From Pristiophorus japonicus (taxonomy: Eukaryota): a stretch of 64,000 bases of DNA. Location of the stretch: positions 54,870,001 to 54,934,000 of the forward strand of contig NC_091999.1 of the NCBI RefSeq assembly GCF_044704955.1, given 5' to 3'. Of this stretch, positions 49,968 to 62,352 are shown in pieces. The translations under genes were made by a program, and so were the position numbers. Numbering within the stretch: the stretch's first letter is position 1; each line of letters opens with the position of its first letter. Below the pieces are notes generated by a model. The model had not been told where the DNA came from and made no database searches. It saw only the letters and a list, made by a program, of their open reading frames with translations.

Positions 49968-52900
49968 ATTAGTGCCCATGATGGTAAAAATGAAACTGCA
50001 CCTGTACCTGGTAGGAGATTAATAAATTTGTAATTATCTAGCATTATTTCTGTCATTACACCAGACCCCGTCGCAGTTTTTACTGCGCTAGACACAGACT
50101 TAGTTTATAAGGTTGATGTGGTGGATTTGTAAAAGGTGTTTGATAAAGTGCCTTAATAATATCCTTGCCAGCAAAATTTAAATCCAAAGAATGAAGAGGA
50201 CAGTGGCAGCATGGATATGAAATTGGCTGAGTGACAGGAACCACAGAGTAGTGGTGACAAATTATTTTTTGTTGGACTGGGGGAAGGTATACTGTGGTAT
50301 TCTGCAGCGGTTGGTACTAGGAACACTGCGTTTCTTCATTTATATTCATGACTTAGACTTAGGAGTACAGGGTAGAATTTCGAAATTTGCAGATGATGCA
50401 AAACTTGGAAGTAGAGTGAACAGTGAGGAGGATGGTGATGACTTCAAGAGGACATAGACATGCCGATGGAAGGCGTGCACTCGGGGCAAATGAAACGGAG
50501 AAAAGTGTGAAATGAATCATTTTTATGAGACGAATGAGGAGAGGAAAAATAAACTAAAGTGTACAATGCTAAAGGAGGTGCATGAACACAGTGACCTGAT
50601 GGTATATGTGCACAAATCATTGAAGGTGGCAGGGCCGGTTGAGAAAATGGTCAAAAAAGCTTACATGATCCTGGGCTTCATAAATACACGCATAGAGTAC
50701 AAAAGAAAGGAAGTTATGATGAACGTTTATAAAACACTGGTTAAGCTTCACCTCGAGTATTGTGTCCAATTCTTTGGAAGGATATAAGTCCTTGGAGAGG
50801 ATTCAGAAAAGATTTACAATTGTGGTTCCAGTGATACGGTACTTCAGTTACGTGGATATTCTGCAGAAGCTGGAATTGTTCTCCTTAGAGCAGAAAGGTT
50901 GAGATGAGATTTCATAGAGGTGTTCAGAATCATAATGGGTCTAGACAGAGTAGATAGAGAGAAACTTCCGATTGGTGGAATGATCGAGAACAAAGGACAC
51001 AGATTTAAGATGATTAGCAGATTGGAAAACTGCAAATTTAATGCCCCTATTTACAAAAGGTTGTAGGCAAAAAGCAGGAAACTATAAACCAGTTAGTCTA
51101 ACATCTGTGCTGGGAAAATGTTGGAGCCCATTATTAAAGAAGCAGTGGCAGGATATTTGGAAAAGCAAAATTCGGTCAGGCAGAGTCAGCATGGATTTAT
51201 GAAGGGGAAGTAATGTTTGACAGATTTTCCGGAATTCTTTGAGGATGTAAAAAACAGGGTGGATACAGAGGAACCAGTGGATGTGATGTATTTGGGCTTC
51301 CAGAAGGCATTTGTCAAGGTGCCATATAAAAGGTTACTGCACAAGATAAACAGTCACGGGGTTGGGGCTGATATATTAACATGGATAGAGGATTAGCTAA
51401 CTAACAGAAAACAGAGAGTCAGGATCAATGGTTCATTCTAGGGTTGGCAATCAGTAAATAGTGGGGTGCTGCAGGGATCAGTGCTGGGAACCCATCTATA
51501 TACAATCTACCGACTTTAAAGAAGGGATCGAGAGCAACATAGCCAAGTTTTCTGATGAAACAAAGATGGGAGAAAAAGCAATGTATGACGAGGACACAAA
51601 AATACTCCACTACACTACAGTAGACCATTCTCAAGTTTATTTTACTCCATCCAACACGTTAAATATTCCATCCCTACCCCAACGGTGCACCATGCCTGCA
51701 ATGATTAACATCCCCAAGATGCTTTGCAGCAACTCCCCAAGACATCCTCGACAGCCCTTTCCAGACCTGCGACCTCTTCCACCTAGAAGGACAAGGGCAG
51801 CGTGCTCATGGGAACACCATCACCTGCATGTATCCCTCCAAATCACACATCATCCTGACTTGGAAACTAATTACCGTTCCTTCATAGTCGCTGGGTCAAA
51901 TTCGTGGAACCCCCTCCCGAACAATGTGGGGGTCTCTTCACCACATGGACTGCAGCGGTTCAAGGTGGCAGCTCGCCACCTGCTTTTCAAGGCCAATTAG
52001 GGATAGACCATCAATGTTTGCCTTGCCAGCGACACCCACACCCATATGCCAGGAGCGAATAAAGAACTGTCCCTGTATCAGTAATTACTGCACGCGGCCC
52101 TGTCTCAGTTATTACTGCACTAGAACTATTAATATTGTACTAGGCCCGGTATCAGATATTACTGGAATATGTAATACCTTTGTTCCTATTACACAAGACC
52201 CTGTCTCTGTTTATAGTAAACTAGACCAGGACATGGATTATATTACACTAGCCCCAACCTTTTACATTACTAAACTAGACCATGTCTCTGTTTATATTCC
52301 ACTGGACCCTGTCTCAGTTATTACTGCACGAAACTCTGTAACTCCCAGGCCAGGTTCAGCATGTGTTAGCTACAGAGTAAAACGCCCTCTGCACCGCACT
52401 ATCAAACAATCCCAGGCCAGGTACAGCATCTGTCAGGTACAGAGTAAAGTGCCCTCTATACTACCCCATCACATATTCCCAGGGCAGCTAGAGTACGGGT
52501 TAGATACAGAGAAAAGCTCCTTCTACACTGCTCCATCAAACATTCCCAGGGCAAGTACATCATATGTCAGATACAGAGTAAAACTCCCTCTACAATGTCC
52601 CATCACAAACTCCCAGGGCAGGTACACCTTTAAGCATAAACCTCCACTATCACATTAGTGATATTGCTGTATATTCTGACGAGAAGGAGTATTTCCCCAT
52701 TCTGTCCATGGGTATCATCTTTCCTTTATTATAATAAAATTTAGTGAAATGTACCAAAAAAACAATTGTTGCTGTAATCTGTTGAAAGATTTGCATTTCT
52801 GTCTATCTTTATTTCTATGCTCTATTGGTGGGGAAAAATTTATTGTGTCTCTGATGCTCAATACTCTAATCTGGGACATCTATTTCTGTGATTATTTACA

Positions 52901-53286
52901 TAAAGGCCTCAATGTTACCTATGAAGTGTTCACGACAGCAAAATCATGACAACAGAGTCACTTATTGATTAGTCTCAACTCACAGCAAGGGCTTATTTTA
53001 AGAATATTGACAGTGGGTACACAGAGTTAGCAATTTGTCGAACAGTGACGTTGGCTTCAGTCTTATTTAATTAGAACAGATGTGATTTATATCAAAGGAA
53101 ATAAATATTAAAATGAATAATTCAGCTGTGAAAGTTCTGCTACTGAAACTAGTATTCCACTGGATCTCCATTTCGTGGAAGATTTAACCCATTGAAACTA
53201 ACTAAGTTCAACCAGCGACCATCAGTAATATCTGAGCGTTTCACAAATCGCAACGTGTATTTTAAAATGTTGACATTTAGAAACAA

Positions 53287-53725
53287 CTAGCATTTATATA
53301 GCGCCCTTCATGACCTCATGATGTCCCAAATGCTTTACAACCAATGAATTACTTTGGAAGTGTTGCAACGCAGGAAATGTGGCAGCCAATTTGTGCACAG
53401 CAAGATCCCATACACAGCAATGAAATAATGACCAGATAATCTGTTTTTCAGATGTTGTTTGAGGGACAAATGTTTTCCGTGGAAACCCTGGAGAACTCCT
53501 CAGCTGTTTAAGATTGTGCAACGAATCCTTTAAATCCACCTGAGTGGGAAGATGGGGCCTCAGTTTAATATCTGCCCCGAAAGACAGCAGCTCTGACCGT
53601 GCAGCATTCCTCAGTCCTGGCACCGGGCATGTCGGCATACATTATGGGCTCAGGTCTCTGGAGTGTGGTTTAGTATCTGTGACCTTCTGAGTCAGAGGCG
53701 AGAGTGATCCCACTGAGCGGAGGCT
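53287..53725 (-). mobile_element. Full-length DeuSINE (SacSINE1-like)
   Basis: Head GCTCAGTGG..CACTCTCGCCTCTGACTCAGAAGGT; tail GGGCGCTATATAAATGC. Confidence 0.88.
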
Positions 53726-54086
53726 TGAACATATCACAGCTTGTATTTTAAAATGTTGCCATTCAGTTCATCCTGCCTGAAGTTCAGGGCCTGAGCCCAG
53801 TCTTACTCTGTTCCAATTTATTATCACGGGCGAGTTCTCTTTTCTTGTCCGGGATGTCATTCCCACACTGGGGTTTCCACTGGGTCTAGATAAAAGCGAT
53901 TCCACAAGGAACATATGGAAGTGCCCGAGGCAGAAGGACTCACGTACTTGAGTTTTACACTGTGTGAGCTGCAACATCAGAGCAGCTGGAACCTGCGATT
54001 GTTCTCCTTAGAGCCGAGCAGGTTATGGGGCACTTACTAGAGGTGCTCAAGAATATGAAGAGTTTTGATCAGGTAAAATGGGAGAT

Positions 54087-54392
54087 ACTCCATCACTCCC
54101 TCCCACTATCCTTCCCTCCCACCACACGTCTCTCTTTCCCTCCCACACATCATCCCTCCCTCCCTCCATCCCTCCCACGCTCAACCTGTCTCTCCGTCCC
54201 TCCCTGTCTTCATCACTCCCTCCCACCATCCCTGCCACCCTCCTTCCATTTCCAGCCTTCCATACCTCCATCCCTCCCTCCATCAATCTCTCCCTTCCCG
54301 CACCCATCGCTCACACCCTCCGACCATCCCTCCACCCCTCCATCACACCACCCCTTCCTTGCTCCACTCCCCTCTACCTGCATCGCTCCCTC
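54087..54392. repeat. Polypyrimidine (CCCT/CCAT)n low-complexity tract
   Basis: Directly visible. Confidence 0.9.
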
Positions 54393-55429
54393 AGCTCAGC
54401 CGATTCTTATTTTCCCTTTGCAGTGTTTCTGCTTCCATCGATGAGGATTCCTCAGCTGGAATGTTCTGCACACAATTCCTTCACGGGCTTTCATGTATAT
54501 TAAAAAATAAGATAATGAGTGACAGCAAATGTATATATTTAACCCCCCTGCCTAAAAAAATACTCATGATAAATAAAATGGTGACTTTTCCAGAGAGGCA
54601 GTTGGCTGGGGAACTGGCATTGGGTAGAAATTCTAGTTGGGGCAGTCGGGATATTTTTACTTTTCATAAATAACAAAAAGAAGGGTAACAGCTTTAAAAA
54701 TTGTTTTAAGTCATCGTCAACTCTCAGCTTCTCGTTTTCCCTCCCCATTCTGGCTGTTGAGGATGGGCCAGTGCCCTCCTGGAGCTTGTTGCCATTGTAT
54801 GTACGGTATGGTAGCTCGCAAGCTCTCGCTACACGGACAGACTTGGAGAAGCTGATGCTGTTCTCCATACAGCAGAGAAGGGTGAGGGGTGATTCAGTAG
54901 ATTGGTACCTGCATGAGGGACTTCAGTTAAAGCGGAGACTGGAGAAGATTTGATTGCTCTCCTTGGAGGAGGCAAGGTTGAGGGCATGTCTAATAGAATG
55001 GTACCAGGGATGAGGGACTTCAGTTAATGTGGAGAGACAGGAGAAGTTGGGATTCTCCTCTTTAGAAGAGAGAAGTCGAAGAGAAGATTTGCTGGACGTT
55101 TTTGAAAATATCAATCATTTAACAGAGTAAATAAACAGAAACTGTTTCAGATGGGTGGTGATTGACAAAAGAACAAGAAGCGATATGTAGACAAAATTTC
55201 TATGCAACCACTGGTTAGAATTTAGAGTGTACTGCATAATAGGGTGGTAGATGCACATTCAATAGTAGCCTTCAAAAGGAAATTGTGTAAGTATTTGAAG
55301 GATAAAAAATGCAGGGATATAGGGAACGAGCGGGCGATTGACATTAATGGGATTTCTCTTCGAAAGAGCCGGCACAGACTCTATGGGCTGAATGGCCACA
55401 CTGTGTGCAGTACTAATCTATGAATGACC

Positions 55430-57430
55430 ATAACATGGTTGAATTTCAAATTCAGTTGGGGGTGGGGGAGGTGGTGGGGTAGAGTTGGTTCACAAACCAG
55501 TGTCCTAAGTTTAAATGAAGGATACTATGAGTGCAGAGTTGGCTAAGGTGGACTGGGAAAATAGATAAAAGGATGGGACAGCTGATGAGCAGTGGCCGAC
55601 ATTTAAGGAGATATTTCATAACTCGAAAAAATATATATCCCAATGAGAAGGCAAGACTGCATGAGAAGGGATAACCATCTGGGGCTAACTATGGAAATAA
55701 GGGAAGGTATCAAATTGCAAACAAATGCATACATTGTGGCCAAGACGAGTGGGAGGTCAGAGGAATGGGAAACTTTTGAAAGCTAGCAAAGAAACAATAA
55801 ATGATAAAGAGAGGGAAGATAGATTATGAAAGTAAACTAGCTCGAAATATAAAAACAGATAGTAAGAGTTTCTGCAGGTGCATAAAAAATAAAAGTTTGG
55901 CTAAAGTAAATATTGGTCACCTAGAGGATGAGACTGGGCAATTAATATTGGAGACCAAGGAAATGGCAAAGTCGTTGAATAAATATTTTGTATTTGTCTT
56001 CACGGTAGAATACATTAAAAACATGACAATAGTGGAACATCAAGGGGCTATAGGGAGGGAGGAATTTATTACAATCACGATCACTAATGAAGTAGTACTC
56101 GGTAAAATAATGGGACTCAAGACGGACAAGTCCCCAGGACCTGACGGCTTACATCCTAGGGTCCTAAAAGAAGTGGCTGCAGAGATAGTGGATGCTTTGG
56201 CTGTAATCTACCAAAATTCCCTGGATTCTGGGGCGGACCCAGCAGATTGGAAAACTGCAAATATAACGCCCCTATTAAAAAAAGAAGGCAGACAAAAAGC
56301 AAGGAACTATAGATCAATGTGCCGAACGTCAGCCATTGGAAAAAAGATGGATTCCATTCAGGTAGCGGGACATTGGGAAAAGCATCATTCAATCAAGCAG
56401 AGTCAGCATGGTTTAATGAAAGGGAAATCATGTTTGACAAATTTGCTGGAGTTCTTTGACGATGTAACGAGCAGGGTGGATAGTGAGGGACCAGTGGATA
56501 TGGTGTATTTGGATTTCCAGAATGCATTCGATATAAAAGGTTACTGCACAATATAAAAGTTCACGGGATTGGGGTTAATATACTAGCATGCGTAGCGTAT
56601 TGGCTAACTAGCAGATCGGCGAGTCGGGATATTTGGGTCATTTCCCGGTTGGCAAAAAGTGACTAGTGAGGTGCCGCAGGGATCGGTGCTTGGTTCTCAA
56701 CTATTTACAATTTATAGTCATGATTTTGGATGAAGGCACTGAGTGTAATGTAGCCAAGTTTGCTGATGATATAAAGATGGGTGAGAAAGCAAATTGTGAG
56801 GAGGACAAAAAAAAATCTGCAAAGGGATATAGACAGGCTAAGTGAGTGGGCAGAACTGTACAGGATATTGTACTAGAGTACTGCGTAAGGTTTTGGTCTC
56901 CGTATTTAAGAAAGGATATACTTACATTGAAGGTTGTCCCGAGAAGGCTTACTAGGATGAGTCCGGAGATGAGGTAGTTGACTTATGAAGATAGGTTGAG
57001 TAGGTTGGGCCTTTACAGATTGGAGTTCAGAAGAATGAGATGTGATTTTACTGAAACATAGGTTAACGAGAGAGCTCAACAAGGTGAATGCAGAGTGGAT
57101 ATTTCCACTCAAAGGGGAGAAAGAAACTCGGGGACATAGTCTCATAATAAGGGGCAGCACATTTAAAACTGAAATGAGGAGGAATTTCTTCTCTGCGAGG
57201 ATTGTATATCTATGGAACTCTCTGCCCCAGAGAGCTGTGGAGGCTAGACATGCAATATATTTAAGGCGGAGACAGACAGATATTTGAGCGATAAGGGAAT
57301 AAAGAATTATGTCGAGCGGGCAGGGAAGTGGAGCTGAGTCCATGATCAGCCATGACCTTACTATATGATGGAGCAGGTTCGAGCAGCCAGTTGGCCTATT
57401 CCTGCTCCTATTTCTTATGTACTTATGTTT
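55430..57430 (+). mobile_element. CR1 ORF2 fragment
   Basis: ORF 55801-56556 (KSPGPDGLHPRVLKE..QHG..VYLDFQ.AFD) and a 3' tail at ~57415. Confidence 0.93.
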
Positions 57431-57609
57431 TTAAATTTATATTGCACTGGGCACTGTAGCTATTTATATTACACTAGACCTTGTCTCTGTTTATAATACA
57501 CTAGACCCTGTCTTTTTGTATATTACACTAGGCCCTGCCTCTGTTTATATTACACTAGACCCGGTCTCCCTTTATGATGGACTAGGTCATGTATCATTGC
57601 ACTTCACAA

Positions 57610-59040
57610 GAAGACCCAGAAGATTGGAAAACTGCAAATGTAAGACCCCATTTTAAAAAAGGAGGCATCCAGAAAGCAGGAAACAATAGATCAGATAGCC
57701 GAAAATCTGTGTTTGGGAAATTGTTGGAATACATTATTAAAGAAGCTGTCGCAGGATATGAGGAAAAGCATAATTCGGTCAGGCAGAGTCAGCATAGGTT
57801 TATGGAGAGGAATTCATGTTTGCCAAATTTGCTGGAAATCTTTGAGGATGTAACGAACAGGGTGAAGAAAAGGGAACCAGTTAATGTGGTGTATTTGGAC
57901 TTCCAGAAGGCATTTGACATGGTCCCACATAAAAGGTTCCATCACAAGGTAAACCTTCAAGGGGTTGGAGGTAATATATTAGCATTGATAGAGGATTGTC
58001 TAATTAACAGAAAACAGAGAGTCGGGCTAAATTGTTCATTCTCGGTTTGGCAATCAGTAATTGGTGGCGTGTCGCAGGGATAAGTGTTGGGGCCCCAGCT
58101 ATTTACAATCTATACTAACGACTTGAATGAAGGGACCGAGTATAAAACAGAGAAGTTTGTTGACGATACAAAGATGTGAGGAAAAGCAATGTGTAAGGAG
58201 GACACAAAAAATCTGCAAAAGGACAGACAGGCCATGTGAGTGGGAAAAAAATTGACAGCTGGAATATAATGTAAGAAAGTGTCAGATCATGCACTTTGGC
58301 AGAACAAATCAAAGAGCAACTTTTTAATTAAATGGAGAAAAATTGCAAAGTGCTGCAGTACAGCGGGACCTGGGGGTATTTGTGCAAGTAAAGGAAGTGA
58401 TCAGGAAGGCCAATGGAATTTTGGCCTTTATTGCAAAGGGGAAGGAGTATAAAAGCAGGTTGGTCTTGCTACAGGTATACAGAGTGTTGGTGAGGCCACA
58501 CCTGGAAAACTGCGTACAGCTTTGTTTTCCACATTTACGAAAGGTTATACTTGCTTTGTAGGCAGTACAGAGAATGTTCACTAGGTTGATTGCGGAAATG
58601 AGGGCCTTGACTTACGAGGAAGGGTGGAGGAGTTTGGGCATCTACTCATTGGAATTCAGAAGAATGAGTGGTGATCTTATCGAAAAGGTGGATACATAGA
58701 CGATGTTTCCACTGATAGGGTAGACTAGAACTAGGGGCATAATCTTAGAATAAGGGCCGCCCATTTAACTTTGAGATGAGGAGGAACTTCTTTTCTCAGA
58801 GGGTTGTAAATCTCTGGAATTCACTGCCTCAGGGAGCTGTGGATTCCGGAAAATTGAATAAATTTAAGACAGAGATAGACATTTTCTTATGCGATAAGGG
58901 ATTAATGGGTTACGGCGAGTTTGCAAGGAAATGGATCTGAGTCCATGATCGGATCAGCCATGATCATATTGAATGACGCAGCAGGTTCGAGGGGCCATAT
59001 GGCCTACTCATGCTTCTATTTCTTATATCCTTACGGTCTT
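57610..59040 (+). mobile_element. CR1 RT fragment
   Basis: VYLDFQKAFDMVPH motif and CR1 3' UTR. Confidence 0.9.
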
Positions 59041-59749
59041 CTAATGTTACAATGTCTGTTTGTGTCAGCCGAGGCACAGTGTGTCTCACTTCGCCCCGTC
59101 TAAGATAGTTTTGGGATAAACTCCCACTCCAAGGAATATATCTCTATTTATTGTACAATAGACCATGTCTCCGTTATTTCTGTACTTGACCATGCGTCTG
59201 TTAGATTGACAGAAGATAGAAAGACGATGGATAGATATTGATATAAATAAAGATATTTATATGTGTGGTTAGGAGGATTCAATATTTTTTGGTGAGAACA
59301 TACGTTTAGTTTCAATAATAGGTAACAAGAGTTGTGTGCAACGTCTAATTGATCTGGTATTGTGTCGGTAATATTTGTGTTGAGGGGATGGGGTGAATCT
59401 TGTAACAATCTCCCACAGATGGACTGGGATTGAGGGACAGGACTGAAGGTGAGCAATTCACTGCACTTTACTCTCCTTAGTGGCACTCTGTGTGTTAAAG
59501 GTTACTAACTCACACTTGTGTTGTCCTGCGCCAATTGCTCTCGGTTCTTTAATGTAAACGATTGTTTTTCTCGCAGTATGTTCGATTGAACTTTCACGTG
59601 AACCACTGATTGTGTCAGACAGAGCCTGGAACCGTGACCTCACAGCACCGCCGGATGGACGGCCGGAGGGTCCAAACATCCACCGGAATAATAACTCATC
59701 TGCTTAAGACGAACAACTGAAAAGAGCACACACACAGTGTTTGCTATAT

Positions 59750-59955
59750 TTGTGTGCGTGTGTGTTTGTATGTATTTGCGTGTATTTGTGTGTGTATGTG
59801 TGTGTGTATATGTGTGTGTGTATGTGTGTGCATGTATGTGTGTATGTGTGTTTATTTTGTGTGAGTGTGTGTAAGTGTGTGTAAGTGTGTGTATGTAATT
59901 GTGTGTGTATGCGTGTGTGTGTGTGTATGTGTGTGTGTTTGTGTGTGTGTCTATG
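59750..59955. repeat. Imperfect (TG)n microsatellite
   Basis: Directly visible. Confidence 0.95.
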
Positions 59956-61427
59956 TAAAAAGCACATCATTCATAAGGTGTGCAAGTGCATTCCACAAAG
60001 ATAAATTATTAGCTCCAAACATTATTTTTCAGCATTTTATTTTATTCAACAGCTAATTACAGATCGTTTTATACCTTCAAGTGCATTCCACAAAGATAAA
60101 TTATCAGCTCCAAACATTATTTTTCAGCATTTCATTTTATTCAACAGCTAATTGCAGATAGTTTAATACCTTTAACATTTATTGATAACACCTGGTCTTG
60201 CGTGCTCTTTTTTACAAAGTGATGTTACACTGACAATTCCATTACCAAAGTGACCATGTCTGTCTGCAGTATTCAGTGGGAAAGTGGATTAAATCACTCC
60301 GAGAATAATGAGCAGCCTGTCACCAGTCTCTGCACTTTAGTGCCCAGTGATCACCTCACCATCACACAGAATCTGCTGAAATACACCTCAAGTGTATGAT
60401 TATTGGTGCAAGTGATGGTAAACATGAAACTGCACCAGTACCTGGCATGAGGTTAATAAATCTGTAAATATCTGACTTACTGTCTCTCTCATTACACCAG
60501 ATCCCATCGCAGTTTTGCTGCAGTAGACCCAGTTTCAGTTTATGATGGACTTTCAAAAGGCATTTGATAAAGTGCCTTGATAATATCATTGCCAGCAAAG
60601 TTCAAGCCCATAGAATAAAAGGGACAGTGGCATCATGGATATGAAATTGGCTGAGTGACAGGAATCAGAGAGCTGTGTTTTATTTAGGACTGGAGGGACG
60701 TATACAGTGGTGTTTCGCAGCGGTTGGTGCTAGGAACGCTGCTTTTTTTGATTTATATTCATGACCTAGATTCGGGTGTACTGGGCACAATTTCAAAATG
60801 TTTAAACTATTCAAAGCTTGGAAGTTTAGTGAACAGTGAGGAGAGGAGGATAGTGATGACTTCAAGAGGACAGCGACATGCTGGTGGAATAGACGGACAC
60901 GTGGCAAATGGAACGCAGAAAAGTGTGAAGTTATACATTTTGGAAGGAAGAACGAGGAGAGGAAAAGTAACCAAAGGGTACAATACTAAAAGCTGTGATG
61001 AACGTAGGGACCTGGGGGTATATATGCAAAAGTCCTTGAAGGTGGCAGGGCAGGTTCATAAAGTGTTTTAAAAAAACATATGGGATCCTGGGCTTCATAA
61101 ATAGAGACATAGAATATATAAGCAAGGAAATTATGATGAACCTGTGTAAAACACGTTTTCTGCCTCAAGCTATTACTGTGTCCAATTCTGGGCACCGTAT
61201 TTTAGGAAGGATGTGAACGCCTTTGAGAGGGTGCAGAAAATATTTCCCTGTGGTTCCAGGGATAAGGTACTTCAATTATGTGGATAGACTGGAGTAGCTG
61301 GGGTTGTTCTCCTTAGAGCAGAGAAGGTTGAGATGAGACTTGATAGAGGTGTTAAGATTCATAAGGGGTCGAGACAGAGTAGCTGGAGAGAAACAGTTCC
61401 CATTGGCGAAAGGGTCGAGAAAAGAGG

Positions 61428-62004
61428 TGTAGAAGAAAAAACCCAATCCTTGTCCTAGGTTAAAGGAAGGGTTAAATTCGCTTTTGCTGACTCTGTACAA
61501 TTCACGAAGCTGGAGAGAATTACCGAACCTTATCAACCTCAAAGAACAGAAAATTCTATATACATGACTATCTGGTGTTTACATGAGTATCCAGATAGCT
61601 GGTTATCAACAAAAGGACAGGGAGAAACTATGCAAGAAAGAGATAAAATGTGCCTACCGGGATGACCTTTGTAATGTATGAATAATGCTCATGTATAATA
61701 GATGACCTTTGTACTCACGGAATATATGAATAATGTTTATGTGTGGAGTTTTAGATAAAGATCTTGCTTTGATGTCATTTACAAAGAATGTTTGAATAAT
61801 GTACTTGAGTGGTAAGTTACAGATAAAATTCCTGTTTCAATAGTATAAGAATAGAGCATATTTGCCTGTTACACTTCAGAGTTCTGCCTTGGTACGGACT
61901 AAGCGGGCTCTCCAAGATATCTTGCTAGTTTTAGGAATAAACTTCTCTCGAAGCAAATTCTGAAAGTCTCCGCCTGAGTTAATTTAAGCTAAATTTCCTC
62001 GACA
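61428..62004 (+). mobile_element. 5' LTR of an endogenous retrovirus (~577 bp)
   Basis: Begins TGTAGAAGAAA exactly where the host CR1 stops and ends TTTCCTCGACA (imperfect inverted termini, TG..CA). TATAAGA at 61844, AATAAA at 61936, followed by the PBS. Confidence 0.88.
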
Positions 62005-62009
62005 GTTTT

Positions 62010-62027
62010 TGGTGTAGTCGGCAGGAT
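62010..62027 (+). promoter_or_regulatory. Primer binding site, tRNA-Ser
   Basis: TGGTGTAGTCGGCAGGAT matches 17/18 to the complement of the 3' end of tRNA-Ser (ATCCTGCCGACTACG-CCA). Confidence 0.95.
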
Positions 62028-62352
62028 CTCTTTTAAACGAGATCCAAAAAAGAACTAAAATTTAACTTTTAAAGAAAAGAGGAATTAAAAAGAGGACTTT
62101 CCTAGCTGAAAAGATCAAGGTACCTAGGCAGTCTAAAAGACAAAGGACAGGCCGCCGTGATCCCCTGGACGGGGTGAGGCATTTAAGATGGCTACCGTAA
62201 AGAAGCTAAAGTAACAAAAAGGCAAAAAGGAGACCCCGAGCTGAGCAGAAAAGAGAACACAGGTGAGCGCTTTTCTAAATTATTGTATATTTTGTAGGAG
62301 CGTTCTAACTCTCATTTCAGAAAAAAAACCGCGAGAAGTTGCACCCGGAAGA

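Noticed and set aside
59458-59679. ORF with superficial Ig-like motifs (RPSG..RF, GQHKCELVTF)
   Set aside because: It has no canonical Cys-Trp-Cys spacing, and the frame is broken in the paralogous copies.
59984-60180. ~95-bp local tandem duplication
   Set aside because: Simple slippage duplication in one segment copy; no functional signal.
62263-62352. N-terminal 30 aa of the 520-aa ORF
   Set aside because: The GTG start coincides with the retroviral splice donor; the MGNGSS ATG at 62353 is the credible Gag start. A glyco-Gag-like extension is unsupported.
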